Shown: one piece after another, positions 1 through 15,299 of the stretch | Layout: every line of letters starts with the position of its first letter | Position numbering within the stretch: the first letter of the stretch is position 1 | NCBI GenBank assembly: GCA_964016885.1 | Contig: OZ024741.1 | Coordinates: forward strand, 138,632,001-138,696,000 | DNA: 64,000 nucleotides | Source: Eledone cirrhosa | Lineage: Eukaryota | Reading direction: 5' to 3' | Notes under the pieces: model-generated | What the model saw: only the letters and a program-made list of their open reading frames with translations | What the model was told of the DNA's origin: nothing | Database searches by the model: none | Program-made: the position numbers and the translations under genes

Positions 1-2
1 GA

Positions 3-602
3 AAAAGCATTAAAAGTGGACAATCTCATCAACACAACATACGCCAGAACACGTGCCAACACAAACACTCACTTTACCTGGAATCAAAGAAGAACTACTG
101 TAATAACTCTTCGCTTTTTCTACAAAAACACCCTATCGCACACAACATGAACAAAAAGCACAAACACGATAGATATTCCTTTGACCAGACCATGAGAAGT
201 AGTAAAACCAGGAGATCATTCTCAAGATCTCAACAGAGACTACCAACAAGGAATGTGGAAACAAAACGTAGAATAACCAGATCACTCTCAAGATCTCAAC
301 AGAGATTGCCCACAAGAAACTGGACGAAAAAACGATCTAAACCTGAAAGCAAACCTAGGTCATTTTCCCAGATTGTTAAAAAGAATGCTAACAGGAAGAA
401 AAATAATATACAGAATACCAAAAATAGGACAAAATACATAACGAAACCAAATATAATATCACGACCAAAAGTTCATCAAGCGAACACAAACAGGAATATA
501 AATCCTGAACAGAGAAAAATCCATTTTTTAACGTCAGGACAACAAAAACCGGAAAAAGAAAAACTCCAGGAGGAAACATACCCAAAACAGCTGTACACGT
601 AG
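3..602 (+). CDS. Basic R/K/S/N-rich upstream ORF of the PLE (3' part; frame open from window start), with two RSxSRSQQRLPTRN repeats
   Basis: No stop in this frame from 3 to TAG at 600-602; overlaps the RT frame, which is -1 relative to it. Confidence 0.55.
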   Translation, partial: KSIKSGQSHQHNIRQNTCQHKHSLYLESKKNYCNNSSLFLQKHPIAHNMNKKHKHDRYSFDQTMRSSKTRRSFSRSQQRLPTRNVETKRRITRSLSRSQQRLPTRNWTKKRSKPESKPRSFSQIVKKNANRKKNNIQNTKNRTKYITKPNIISRPKVHQANTNRNINPEQRKIHFLTSGQQKPEKEKLQEETYPKQLYT

Positions 603-2835
603 ATCCTAAAATAATTAATTTATCTAAAAGAGATCTTGACAATGATGAAATGCAAATTCTGTCAAAAGGACTGAAATTCACACCGACTCCAACAGTCAAC
701 CACCAAGAACTGAAGGAGGATACCCAAGAATTCTGTCGAAAATTACGTCTTATAGAATTCTTTGGTGATAAAAATAATGAGAGTGATGAATCACTAGTAA
801 AGAATAAATCAAATTTCACTCCGCCAAAAGGAAGAAATATCTATCTCGACCAATACATTGACATCCTGTCTAAATTTCCTCTTAGACATAATACTAATGT
901 TAGGCCAAACATTAACAAATCAGAAATGTCTGCACTTAAACGTATACAAAATGATAAAACAATAATAATTAAACAAGCAGATAAAGGGGGAGCAATTGTT
1001 ATAATGGATACTGAATACTACAAGGATTTGGTTGAGGAACAACTGAAAGACACAACATTCTATCATGAAATACCGTCAAATATAGACCACAACATCATGA
1101 AGAAGATCAACAACCTGGCTTCAAAATACCACAACTCATTTACTGATAAGGAAAGAGACTACATCACCAATTTTGAGCTGAAACCCAGCAACCTGTATGG
1201 GCTACCGAAAGTTCATAAGTCAAAAGAAATACAACTGGCAGTAAGAGAATAAAACAGTGAGTACATTAAATTATTACACTCAAAAGACTTAAAACTTAGA
1301 CCTATTAAAGCTGGTCCAACATGCCCCACCCACCTTCTAAGCAATTTCGTTGACATTATTTTGAAACCACTATGTATTCACATACCCAGTTTCATCCGGG
1401 ATGATATCGACTTCCTGTCCCATCTTCCCAAAACTACGGAAACGAATTCACTTCTACTCAGTTTTGATGTGGTAAGCCTTTACACCAACATTACACATGA
1501 TTTAGGAATAAAGGCGGTTAAATACTGGGTGGAAAAACATAGAGAAGTGATTCCCATTAGATTCACAGCGCCATTTATATTAGACGCGGTTAAACTTATG
1601 CTGGAAAACAACACTTTCTTCTTCAATGGAAAGAATTACATCCAAATTAGAGGCACAGCGATGAGAACGAAGTTTGCTCCCGTTTACGCGAACTCTGTAA
1701 TGGGATACTTAGAACAACAACTCTACCAAGAAATAGAGGAAAAATATAGTACTGACTTTAGAAAGTACATTGAACAATCTTGGAAGAGATACCTTGACGA
1801 CTGTTTCATCATCTGGACAGAATCTCTAGATACTCTGGATGAGTTCAATATCCTCCTGAATAACCTACACCCATCTCTCCAATTCACAAAAGAGATGAGT
1901 AGGACCAAATTACCATTCCTAGATATAATGATAATTAAAAACGACACCACCATTACCACGGATATATATTATAAACACACAGACACCCATCAATATCTGA
2001 ATTTTAAGTCGTGCCATCCACCTCATACAAAACGCAACATCCCATACTGCCTAGCCATAAGAATGTGTACCATTGTAGAAGATACGAATACCAGGTACAA
2101 ACGCCTAACAGAACTAAGAGAATTTTTGCTCAAACAAAAATACCCATCTCTACTTATAGAAAATGGCATACAGCGGGCTATAAAAGTACGCATACAACAA
2201 CTTAGAACAACCCAAGGAAGAAGAAACCAAGAACTGGTCATACCATTTATAATGACACACAACCCATGTCACCAGAATATCTTCAACACTGCCAAAGCAA
2301 ACCTACCGATAATTGCTCAAAGTAATGAATTAAAAGGCTTAATCACAGATCGATCTTTGACTCTTAGTAAAAGACAGCCAAAAAATTTGAAGCAATTACT
2401 AACAAAAGCAAAGTTTGACCTTAACAACAAAGACCAATCATTCACTGTATCTAAATGCAATAATAGTCGATATGGCACATGTCAATCCATACACGCCGGT
2501 CAATATATGAAAACAAAAACTGGAAAAATATTCCCAAATGCAAATATGAACTGCAAAAGCAGAAATCTAATTTACTGCATTAAATTCCCGAATTGTGAAG
2601 AACTATATGTCGGTCAAACTGGAAATGCACTATCGGAACGTGCTCGGGTACACCGTCAACAAATCAGAGACCCAAATGTCCGTCAGATACCCTAAGCGGC
2701 CACCTGGCAACATGTGGTCAGGGAATATTTATAATATTCCCATTCTACAAATTACACAGCCCAAGTGAAATCAAGAGAAAAATCAAAGAAAAGAATTTTA
2801 TTGATAAATTCAAACCCAAGCTAAATGAACAATAA
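521..2835 (+). pseudogene. PLE reverse transcriptase + GIY-YIG endonuclease, disrupted
   Basis: ORFs 650-1252 and 1361-2695 share a frame, separated by a single TAA at 1250-1252; frameshift near 2692, then LSGHLATCG...EKNFIDKFKPKLNEQ* ending 2835. Confidence 0.92.
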
Positions 2836-3211
2836 TAACGTTTAGGGGTATTACTTCTACTACCACTATGACCACGACCACTAACAACAACAACAACAAC
2901 AACAATAATAATAATAAAAGTAATGTTGATAGTGATGATTAATAGAAAATGCTATTTTCATCATTTCTAAACATAGCAAAACAATTGATGCTTTGGATAT
3001 GATCATTGGTCGTTAGCATGCTCAACCAGCCGTGACGCTTAAACCAATCAGCTTTAGTAATTCAGTGAAACTACACACTGATTGGTCGAAGTAGAGTTTA
3101 CAGGGCTTAGCATTCTGGGCCACTTTTCTCTGTATAAAATGTATAAAAGGTAGGAAATTTACCCATCTCATTACAGTTGAAAATTGCAAACTCCGCTGTC
3201 ACCACATATTA

Positions 3212-3250
3212 TGAACCTGAAGATTGCGAAAGCATGAAAGTACTTGTTCA
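3212..3250 (+). ncRNA. Minimal type I hammerhead ribozyme in PLE pLTR
   Basis: TGAAC-CTGAAGA-(T TGC GAAA GCA T)-GAAA-GTAC(palindromic stem III)-TT-GTTCA; stem I TGAAC/GTTCA. Confidence 0.8.
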
Positions 3251-3409
3251 ATTAACACTTAGAATTTAATATTCTATCATACTATTTTATTATAATACCA
3301 TTATATATTTTAAAGGATTGTAAATAAAACGAGTAAATCAGACAAAGTTGGAATTCCTCTTATTAATATAATCTTCTATACACAATCATACACACCCATG
3401 TATATTTAC

Positions 3410-4830
<1,421 letters not shown>

Positions 4831-6084
4831 TCACTTATGAAAGTAACATATTGAAATATGTTGTAGTATTCCTGCTAATTCTCCGTTGGCGCTACATCAA
4901 ACTCTATTTTCTATTTTGGCGATAAACTATTCACTTAATACACAGACAAAGACAGCTGTGACAGGATAAAATAATAAATATAGATTAGGAAATGTTTACA
5001 GTCAGTCATTTGCTGAATTATTAAGCGAAACATATGGTAAAAATGAGACAAAGTTACTTTAAGAAATATTATATAACTTCTAGGTCTATAAATCGACATC
5101 CTTGCTATTTCATGGCTGGTCTAATGTAGTAAATATTAATGTAACTGACAGTAGTTTAATAGCAGTTCTCTGTTTCAATTCAGAATTGACTTTATTTGTG
5201 TCCAGTCGCTTCGTTAAAAATTGAAGATAAAGAGCCGGTCTTTGATAAATTTGTTTCCCTTGTTGATGAATCTTGTTGTCTAACATGCACTGAAGTTTTA
5301 CCGTTAAAGGATAGTAAACATTGAACAAAACAAACAATGTTCCCATTCATCTTTTCATTGCTGTACCATATGCAGGTCGCAAATACCTTTGTTGTACAGC
5401 CAATAGTCAAACTACTATACCTTCGTATATTAAACGAAAGAAATATAGGTTGGACTAAGGATATGATGCTTCCATTTATATTTCAATTGCTGATACTATC
5501 TGTTGGTTGCTAGCTGAGGCTGAAGGAGCCTGAGTTTAGCTCAGAGACGTATCAGAGAACGCAAATGATCCTGGCCGTGTGAAAAATAATTCTGCGAATC
5601 CACCGCCTATTGATTCGTACCTTATATATCGACCCGGCTGTATAAAATTTAACACATGCGACATTGAGATATGAACCAAAAGCTCAGTGCGCCAAAAACC
5701 CTGTAGATCGACTTCACACCTAACTGTTATATTATCTCATCGTCCATAAAAGGATGAAAGATTATATTAAGTAGAGAGGAATTGAGGATAAAGAAGTGAT
5801 TTCAACATAGTATGTCCCAGTTTACCATGGCCTAAAAACCTGCCTTCTCTTTAATGTGCGGAATACATGTACGTTTGACAGAGACTATAATCATTTTTTA
5901 ATTTTCAGCCTGATAATAGCCTATGGAAGACTTTAACTATGAAACTTGATGATTAAGTCGTTACTAGAAGTCACAGAAATTGAAAGGCAAATAGGTAAAC
6001 ACACGTCATACATACACGTATACACACACAACCACAAACACACATATATATATATGCATGCATGTGTGTACGCAAGAATGTATT

Positions 6085-6192
<108 letters not shown>

Positions 6193-8267
6193 CTGTGTGT
6201 GTATATGTATGTTTATGTGTGTGTGTGTATGTGTGTGTGTCTGTTTGTGCGTTTGTGTCAACGTGCGTATGTGTGTATATGAATCCAATGAAATAGTTCA
6301 GTATATACAAAGAAGTATTCTGACATTCAAGTTTCTTCCCGATCGGCCTTCAACTTTCTATAAGATTCGAATATATTTTGTTCAGCACTATATTCGTCAA
6401 CAAGCCTATGAAATGGCGATTATTTGAGCGTCGGTTTGAAAACTGTTCGTGTTGCTTATGAGCAAAATCACTTCAAGTTCCAGCCACGGCAATGTCGACG
6501 TTGCCGTTATTGTGGGGTTTATTTATTAGAGATTCTTGGATCAAGATCCTATGGTCATGAATTGCTTTCTAATGACTAATGATGTTAAAAAGGAGAACAT
6601 TTTATTTTCTGTTTATCCAGTCCACACAACCACCAAAATTCAGTTATATAATCAGCATTCCATTTTTTCCACAAAATTATGAACCTATTTCTTGAGGCAG
6701 AAACTATCTTTTCACTAGTGATACAATGCTCAACAAATTGACCAAACAAAACCCAGCCAGGTGAACAGATATTTGGCTGCCATCCTTCTCTCTCAAATAT
6801 CTTGTCTTCATCGTTATAACAACTTTGTTCTGATTTGCGTGTACAAAGACAAGAAACCGAAAATTGTGTAAAAGGACACTTTAATCTCTTGCTTGGTGAA
6901 GCCCAGTGATATTAATTTCATTCCAAATTGAAATTTATAATATCGTTTATTTTAAATTTTAATCGAAAAACGAATTTTAATTAGTCAGCGTAACTGATCT
7001 CATTCCGAATAATTAACCAGCCACTACTGTAATTAGACAACAGTTAAATGATGAAATCATAGCGTGAATTCTTAAATGGTATCATTGAACAACGGTGTAA
7101 CTATCTTTATAGTTTTAGTAGGATTTGCAGAGAAGAAATGAATCTTTTTGAAAATACAACAGGCCTTTCACGTTAGTAGTAGTGACTCCGCTATCTCCTT
7201 GGTACTTAACAAGATACGGCTTAACCATTTGATTTATGCAAGTTTAAAATGTAGAGAAATTCATTTTCTAATTTAATATTAGGGAAGTACAAAGTTGATA
7301 AATCAACCCATTACTTGTCTTATACCTAATCTAACGATCTAGTATATGAAATCTAAAGTTGCTCAAGGCTGAACTCAGAATGTTAAGATCTAGAACAAAT
7401 ATCACCATGGTTTTTATCCGACGCTCTACTAATTATTGCAACCCACCACTCTGAAAGAAGAAATTTTAAAATTAAGGATATTCTTTTGCATTTCTACTTT
7501 CCATTCTCCAGCTTCATGTTGGTATACAAATGCAACGAAAATGATTAGCTATACATGAATTAGTAATTTGGTGCAGGGCGAGCTCATTTGAAATTAGCGA
7601 TTGCTTCGACATTTTTCTAAATGATTTAAACCCTTACAGCCATTTTACCAACAGTTAATGCAATAGGCTATTTCTAGACAGTAATGGGCGAAAATGGCAG
7701 ACGTGAACTAATTTTAAATACAGACGAAGTATGGGGTTTCAACAGTCAATAAGAAGCAATGGGTTTATTTTATATTACTTAGTATGTAATAACTGTTATG
7801 GAAGCTGTAGTGGTGATCACCCCTTTGGGATTAAACAAACGGACTCGGTGAATTATTATAAATAAGCAACGTTATCTTGTCAGCAGTTCGGTTGGAGTCT
7901 CGCTTGAAAGCCTCACGTTTTGTTATGACTGAGATAAAATTGTTAATACCACCACATCGTAGAATATATAACCAACCCATAGGGTTATAAAAGAAGCCTG
8001 GCTATGTGTTTCAAACTTTCTATTTAAAGTCCGCTAAAGGGCAAACACATTTTTACATAGCCTCTCCCTTACCATCTTCCGGGAAAGCGCTTTCTCCATT
8101 CTATCCGCCGGGGCTGTGGGAAGGCCAGCAAGTGAGACCCCATTTCCTCACCATACGGAGTGATGGGGGGTGGGGGAGGTGAGATATATGGAGGCGATGA
8201 CAGTGGGAGTTCGACTGACTGATTCTTGTAGCATTCATTTGTCGTTGCCACATTATATCCTGTACCA

Positions 8268-8490
8268 GAGGGCGATGGATTGGCAGTATCGGTAGAGACT
8301 CGGACGCCATGCTTTGCAGCATAGAGTTACGGCTCTTTATGACATGAGCTCAAATCCCGCCGAGGTAAACTTTGCCTTTCATCCTTATGGGGTCGTTAAA
8401 ATAAAATACCAGTCACGCACTGGGGTCGATTTAATCGACTTTCCCCTCCCCCCGAATTACTGGTCTTGTGCTTATATAAGAAACCATTAT
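8268..8490 (+). mobile_element. tRNA-derived SINE with MetaSINE-like core
   Basis: A-box-like TGGCAGTATCGG, B-box-like GAGCTCAAATCCC, core GCCGAGGTAAACTTTGCCTTTCATCCTT..GGGGTCG..AAAATAAAATACCAG shared by many copies in the window. Confidence 0.85.
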
Positions 8491-9244
8491 ATCCTGTACC
8501 AGGTTTTAACCTCCTTCTCCTTTTCACTCCTTTCTTTCTCGAAAGATAAATAGAAATAACATAATCGTCTTCCAATATCTTGTTACGGCTCTTAATGTTA
8601 TGAGTTCAAATCCTGCCATGGTTCACTTTGCCTTTAATTTTTCCTGGCTTTTATTTATATAGACTACTAAAACAGTCTTGTCAATTATTGTACGGAAATT
8701 CATAACATTTACTTTCTCAACCTATATTGGTGATTCATGTCTGAACGAAATTGCTAAGCAGACAGTTCATCTTTTAAAAAGCCGATCAGAACAGCAGATT
8801 CAAAACAAATAACAGACATTCTGATAAACTAAAATGTGTTTTTTCAGTGACAGGTTGTAGAAGGATATCAAATGTAGACCTGCCTGTGTAAGTGCCGTTA
8901 TTTCTTTCTTTTTCCTTAAACCAAAGTCTGTTTAACTCATACAATTTGACGCCTACACTTGAAGGACAACTTTCTCCGCCCAGACACAGGTGTCTTTAGA
9001 ATGGAAAGGATTGTAATGTTTCACATCTGCCTAAGTAGTATAGCACACAAACAGGTAAAATGCATATTGCCTGAAATTATTAATTTGGGTTCTTTCTTGT
9101 AGATTTCCGGGAATTAAAAAAAATCATACTATCTTCGTACTACTTGAAATTGAATCGTCTATTTCTGCCTTGAAAACATGGGTTTATTTTAATTATTACT
9201 AATAGAATCCCGTCGCTACGCTGCCGGTAACACACACACTCACG

Positions 9245-9298
<54 letters not shown>

Positions 9299-9779
9299 CA
9301 CACACATACACATACACACACACACAGACACACGCACACGCACACGCACACACACACGCACGCACGCGCGCACACACACGCACACACACACACACGCACA
9401 CACATACACACACGCACGCGCGCGCGCGCACGCACGCACACCCTAACACACATACACCCATCCACACCCACACCCACACCCACACCCACACATCTAGAAA
9501 ACTGATTATATGTATTAAACGTTTACATATGACTGACAGAGTCGTGGTCTTTTTATGAAGTCTGTGTTGCCTTGTCTATATGTTGAAATCTTTTTTAAAA
9601 TCTATCTTTCACACGTACACACACAGATACACACACACTCTCTCTCTCTCTATCAACAACTTTCTCAAGAACGTCCTTTCAATCCCCCCACCCTTCTTCT
9701 CTCCTACATATATCTTGTGACGGGCAAATGGACAGATATCAGCTAGTCTTCTATAATATAAATCATAGAATAAATTCAG

Positions 9780-10200
9780 TGTGGTGAAATGGCAGTATCA
9801 GTAAAGCGTCGTACAACATACTTTATGACATTTAGATACGTCCCTTTCGGTTCCGAGTTCAAATACCGCCGTGGTTAACTTCACCTTTTGATGAAATAAT
9901 GTAGCAGTAACGCACTGGAGTCGATTTCATAAACTTTCGCATCCACCAAAATTGTTTGTCCTGTACAGAAATCCGTAATCTTTTTATACAATAATCTCAG
10001 TGCGGTGGAATGGTAGAATTGTTCAATCTTTGAACACATTTTTGTTCTATTTGTCTCGGTCCGTTCAAAACACTCCCATGTCAACTTTCCCTTTCATGCT
10101 TGATGAGTCGATAAAAGAAAGGTCTCATCATGGCGCCGAATCAATTGAAATTATCACAACCCACACGAGCTGACCGTGATCCTAAGTTAGGATATATTAT
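9780..10200 (+). mobile_element. Two decayed tandem copies of the same SINE family
   Basis: GAGTTCAAATACCGCCGTGGTTAACTTCACC and GTCAACTTTCCCTTTCATGCTT..GTCGATAAAA. Confidence 0.65.
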
Positions 10201-10789
10201 TATAGAAATTGATATAATGAGACCAAATACTTATAATTAAATTTCACACTGATTTCCTTTTAAAACATAAAAAAAATTATTTTATTCTAACGTGATATTG
10301 GAACTACACATTAAGTTCTAGATATCGATAGGAAAACTTACTAAGTTTGTAATTATACTTGCTGTCAAGCCGCCGATTTGTAAAAAAAACGCGAGGAGTA
10401 TCGGATTAATATATTTATGTATTGTGTCAGCAACTGGAGATAAATCTACATAGTATCCACGATGAGAAATCAGCACATATTCTAAGATTCTCGGCACAAT
10501 GATAAGAAGATTCAGTAACAATATATCGCTAGGATTTTCTCGTCTTCATTCCGCAGATCATTTCTTGTTATAATATTCTAGATATTCTATATGTTGCATT
10601 GATGGCATCTTAGTATCCAGAAGCTACAAGAAGATTAATATTTACAGGATTTGGTTTCATATGATAGGTCATAATCCCACTGATTAATATATCGCCAACA
10701 ACGCATTGCAAAACCTTATATTCGTTTTCATATGACTTAGCGACTTAATAAGGCATAGTTGTGATCACATGATTGCTACAACTGGTTAT

Positions 10790-10919
10790 TACTAAGGTTC
10801 GGAGATCAAATCTCGCCGAGGTTATGTTTTCTTTTTATCTTTACCGGGTCAATAAAATAAACACCAGTAATGCACTGATGTCGATTTAATTGACTTTACC
10901 CTTCCCCCAAAACTGTTGG

Positions 10920-10922
<3 letters not shown>
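10790..10922 (+). mobile_element. SINE 3' part, same family
   Basis: CGCCGAGGTT..CTTTACCGGGTCAATAAAATAAACACCAGTAATGCACTG..GTCGATTTAAT. Confidence 0.7.
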
Positions 10923-10953
<31 letters not shown>

Positions 10954-11069
10954 AGGTTATCTCATAGATATTGTCAAGAGTTATTGATGGATAGGCATTT
11001 GAATACATTTAACTTAATATAATTTAATATAACAGAATAATCTGACTGAATTAATTACTAACATTAACC

Positions 11070-11770
11070 CTGAAGGATGTCGAAGGAGCGTTTAAGGTAC
11101 ATAATACTTTATGAGTTAAAAAAAAGAAAAAAGTGCAGAAGGAGCAACACGAAATATCAAATCTGTTTATGGGTAATAATGCTTGAAGAAAATAATGTAC
11201 AGGAGATTATTCGCAAAGTTTAAAAATGGTGATTTCAGCCAAAGAGATCAGCCATGAACAGGACGTCATGTTGAATTTAATTGTTAGGTTTTTTTGACAG
11301 AACTTGAGAAGGATAATCTTGTGATGGTTGAGGAATTGGTAAACAAGCTCAAAGAGGTCCTACCTCCTGTTTAAAACAATTACTACTGAAACATTGCTAA
11401 CACCTTAAGTGTTTGGATGCTGCTTTGAAGAAACAAATGCCTGCTTTGGTGAATAGTAAAGTTATGGTGTTTCATCATGACAATGCAAGGTCACACACTA
11501 CACAGTTTACATGTGAAACAAATCGAGGACCTTGGCTGGGAAAACATTCCATCATTATTCTCCGGATCTCGTTCCTTATAATTGCTATTTGTTTTGAAGC
11601 TTACACTATTATTCACATGAACTTGTATTTAAACGCCCCAAAGAGGTCAAAATTGACTTCTCTTACTTCATCTCATCAAAACTAAAATGGCTTTTCACTA
11701 ATAGAATTACAAACCGGATGAGTAGGTAGATGGACGTCATCGACAATGATGGGAATTATATAGAGCACTA
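11070..11770 (+). mobile_element. Degenerate, internally deleted mariner transposase remnant
   Basis: FAKFKNGDFS..D.P.TGR, VMVFHHDNARSHT, terminal ..VIDNDGNYI; multiple stops. Confidence 0.75.
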
Positions 11771-12559
11771 ATGCTTACTAAAATGTTAAATATGATACGT
11801 ATAATATGTAGAGTGCTGTTCAGATGAGATATGAAAGTTCAAGGCACTGGAATTACATTTCCGATCTTAAGGCACAACAAGAGACAGTGTGTTTACATGC
11901 ATTTACTGTAACGTAATAAATTAAAGTACATATCCAATCTATCATTCACTGTAGTTCAATTTCAGTTGTTGGAGTTTACAATGTAGAAGGATGTATAAAT
12001 AGACTTAGATCTTATATAACTATACAGGGTTGCTCAGTTCTTTTAGGAAATTTGCAAGAATTTAGTAAAAGAGTCATAGGTCACGAAGGAAGAGATTTAT
12101 TTATCGAATGTTGTGAATGAGTAATCATGCGACTCTTCCTCATACATCTAATCAATCATTATGCCGTGATGACTACTTCAATACGTTGACATGCCGAATC
12201 AGAAGATATTTATTAATGTTGGAAATTGGTGAAATTAAATATCTTGTTCAAGAACACAACATACCGACGTGCATTGAACTCAAGACATTACGATACTGAG
12301 CTGAAGACCCAAAGCCCCAGGACACGCACCTTCACATGCCAAAAGAATTATAGAATTGACCGAAACCTCATTATGGTTCAAGCAGGAACTACAATATTTA
12401 CGCAGACTTTCTACTTTATAATGCGATAGAATGTGATCGGAGAGCGACATTATTGTTTCGGAAAAGTCGAGCGTTGATCTTTAATCCCCCTCATTTAAAG
12501 GAGAAAGAGTATACTGTATTAACATTTCCAAGTGTACTTTTTAACATGTGAAGGTTTAG

Positions 12560-12838
12560 AGGAAAGAATTTAAATTCAGTGAGTACACGTGTTGGACGTG
12601 AAAAAAGTCACTCTTGCAAAATGGGGATATTTAAATGATGGGGACGTTATGAGTAACTGCGGCACCGAACTGCAGACTACGCAGCACTTCCTGATATTCC
12701 CCCTTCTGGAACACCCCGGAACAGCATATGAGTTGGCAGAGTTTAATAAAAAAGGACAGCAATGTGTTAAGCTGTGGCGGAACCATATCTAGCCAGGCTT
12801 TGTAACTGACACTCTTGTGGACATGAGAAGAAGAATTA
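12560..12838 (+). mobile_element. 3' end of an Ingi/Vingi-like LINE (5'-truncated)
   Basis: LAKWGY..NCG.ELQT.QH...P..EL...QCV.LW C-terminus followed by short 3' UTR and GAGAAGAAGAA tail. Confidence 0.55.
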
Positions 12839-13687
12839 CACTCCATAGATATAGACCTATGATCAGATTCATTTCAGTCGCATCAACCTAATATATTTAT
12901 TTCGTTAATATGCACAATCAAGAGTTCAGCAGTGTCTATGTTTCGTCAAAACAGTGATAGATATGTTAAGGAGCCGACTATAAAACATAATTACTTGAAT
13001 CGGGCTATGATCATTGTAAACACTCAGTGGCCTCGGGACATGGCCAGAGTTTAATGACTAACACCAGTTTAAGAGTAAAATATTAACAATTTTGGACTGT
13101 AGCGTGTGATTTAAAATACATTTCTTTTCTGTTAGCTGCTAGTCCAACAATAATAAAGGAGCTCCTACGTTACCGCATTTACCTCATTATTCCAAAAATA
13201 TGCGGCTGAAAAAAATGTATTAAATTTTCCGTTACACATCAATAAATATGACAGTGCGTTAATTTTCTCGAAACCCATCATTAGGTGAAAATGGAAAAAA
13301 GGATGGACGTCATATTATTTTGTAATACTTGAAAAACTGTGTATTTTACGACGATGTTGTTTCCAGTTGGAGAATATAGTTCTGTTATTTGCCTACGGGA
13401 TAAATATGCAATTTGAAAATAATAGAGTGAAGGAGCTGAGATGTTTGAGGAACAGAACATCTTGATTAGTTATTTAAAAGAAAAGAAAACCCAATAACGA
13501 ACTTGCTTACCGTATTCATGTAAAAGTGCAGTTGAAATATTGGCAGGAAAGTAAGAAATTAACTAGTTATTTGCCTACAAACATACATACGTACTTGGAT
13601 GCACACACGCATGCATACATATATACCCATACAAACACATAAACCAAATTTATGTGCATACTTATATATATATATTTATATATATAA

Positions 13688-13749
<62 letters not shown>

Positions 13750-13782
13750 TTATATGTATGTATATATATTATTATTATTATT

Positions 13783-13821
<39 letters not shown>

Positions 13822-15299
13822 GCACACACATATGAGCGAACGTGTGGATGTAAGCCTGCATTCGAATTTGCATTTGTGCTCTATTTTGTGTATCCATGTG
13901 CCTGTATTTAAACGGTTGGCTATTTCTGTTTTTGACATTTACCTCAATTTGAAGTTTAAAACGGTGTTTATTTATACATTAAACTACCAATTATATTACA
14001 GAAATATTAAATACTTAAATTTATATAGCTACACTCATACACATACATACATACATACATACATATACATGTGATAATTTAATTTCAACTTTCAAGTTTT
14101 TAGTGCTAAATATTAATGCCTTCTTTAAGTACTACGTCTGTTGTTCTTGTGTTTTATGTTAGTAGTTATAATGCCTTTGGTTATGATGAAGATGTGCATA
14201 TGTTGATGGCGATACTGTTAAAGATAGCGATGGTGATGATAAGTGTCGTGATGATTGTGATAATGACGATGGTGATAGTGATAATGGTGGTGAAATTTGC
14301 TCTGTATATTAATAGTAAGGTAACTTAATATTTATATAACTTTAGCTATTTTGATATTATAGTCGTTTCATAGAACACCACTTGAATGTTGCAATATATC
14401 AAAAACTGAACAATATTACCATTTAAATCTTTCTCTGCTTAATCCATCTGATATTGTCACTTCTCTTTCAGGATTTAAATCTGATCCCTTTCGAGATCGT
14501 AACTGAAGTGAATTTTACTCTACATCGTTTATTAGAATATTGCTGTATATAATAAAATCATTAGATATTACATTACTAATCCTGTAACCTAAAATAGGGT
14601 TATATAAATTTATGTTGGAGTGGTTTAATTTAAATATAAATGATCTCTTTCCATTAATTAATTCTACAAAATTGTAATTATTATTTCTGGACATACAGCT
14701 CTTGACAGATTTACCTGAAATGAATCTTTTAATATTCACTCAGTATTTTGTTTAAAGCTGTCTATTTCGGAAAGTATATTCTTGCAGAAAGAATATACAT
14801 TCCGAAATAGACTTATCTATCTAAATTAATAGGATGGATCGCATTTTATATTCGCAGGAAACTGATCGCTCTTATTCCAAATATACGTAGGCCCAAAATA
14901 CCTAGGATGATCTGATTATGAAAACAAACTAAGGAACTTAATTATATGAATTCCAGTACACGACAAGCTAATTGACTCCTGTCATATGTTGGGCTGCCAT
15001 TTATAACTGACGGAGCCGATCCCTGTCCAGGATTGAACAGAGCTGATTTCTCCCAGAGAAGCTGGAGAGGGAGGCAGAGAAAGAGAGGTTGAAATGAGAA
15101 GTTATAGATAACGATCAGTCAGAATTATGAACTGGTACTTTGCATACCAACTCTGAAGTATGAAAAGGAAAGTGCACCTCAGTGAGATATGAACTGCGTA
15201 TGCAAAGTGTCTGAAAGAATAATGCGAGGCATTCTATGTGAGGTTCTATCAAATTCGCCGCTTTTCGAAACTATTCAGCAGATCGTAAAACATTTAATG

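Noticed and set aside
205-320. Two ~50-bp direct repeats suggesting an array (CRISPR-like)
   Set aside because: Only two imperfect in-frame coding repeats within the PLE upstream ORF; eukaryotic context and no cas genes.
8268-8360. tRNA-like A/B boxes (also 28836, 32421, 44994, 49747)
   Set aside because: No cloverleaf, and each continues into a SINE core; these are SINE heads, not tRNA genes.
10330-10790. Possible piggyBac-like transposase remnant on the minus strand
   Set aside because: Only vague similarity to the YN..MGGVD region; too degraded to support.
14400-14740. Minus-strand fragments resembling gypsy motifs (ILGYRIS, NDFIIYS, ISDGLSR)
   Set aside because: Motif order is wrong for gypsy pol and the matches are short; could be chance.
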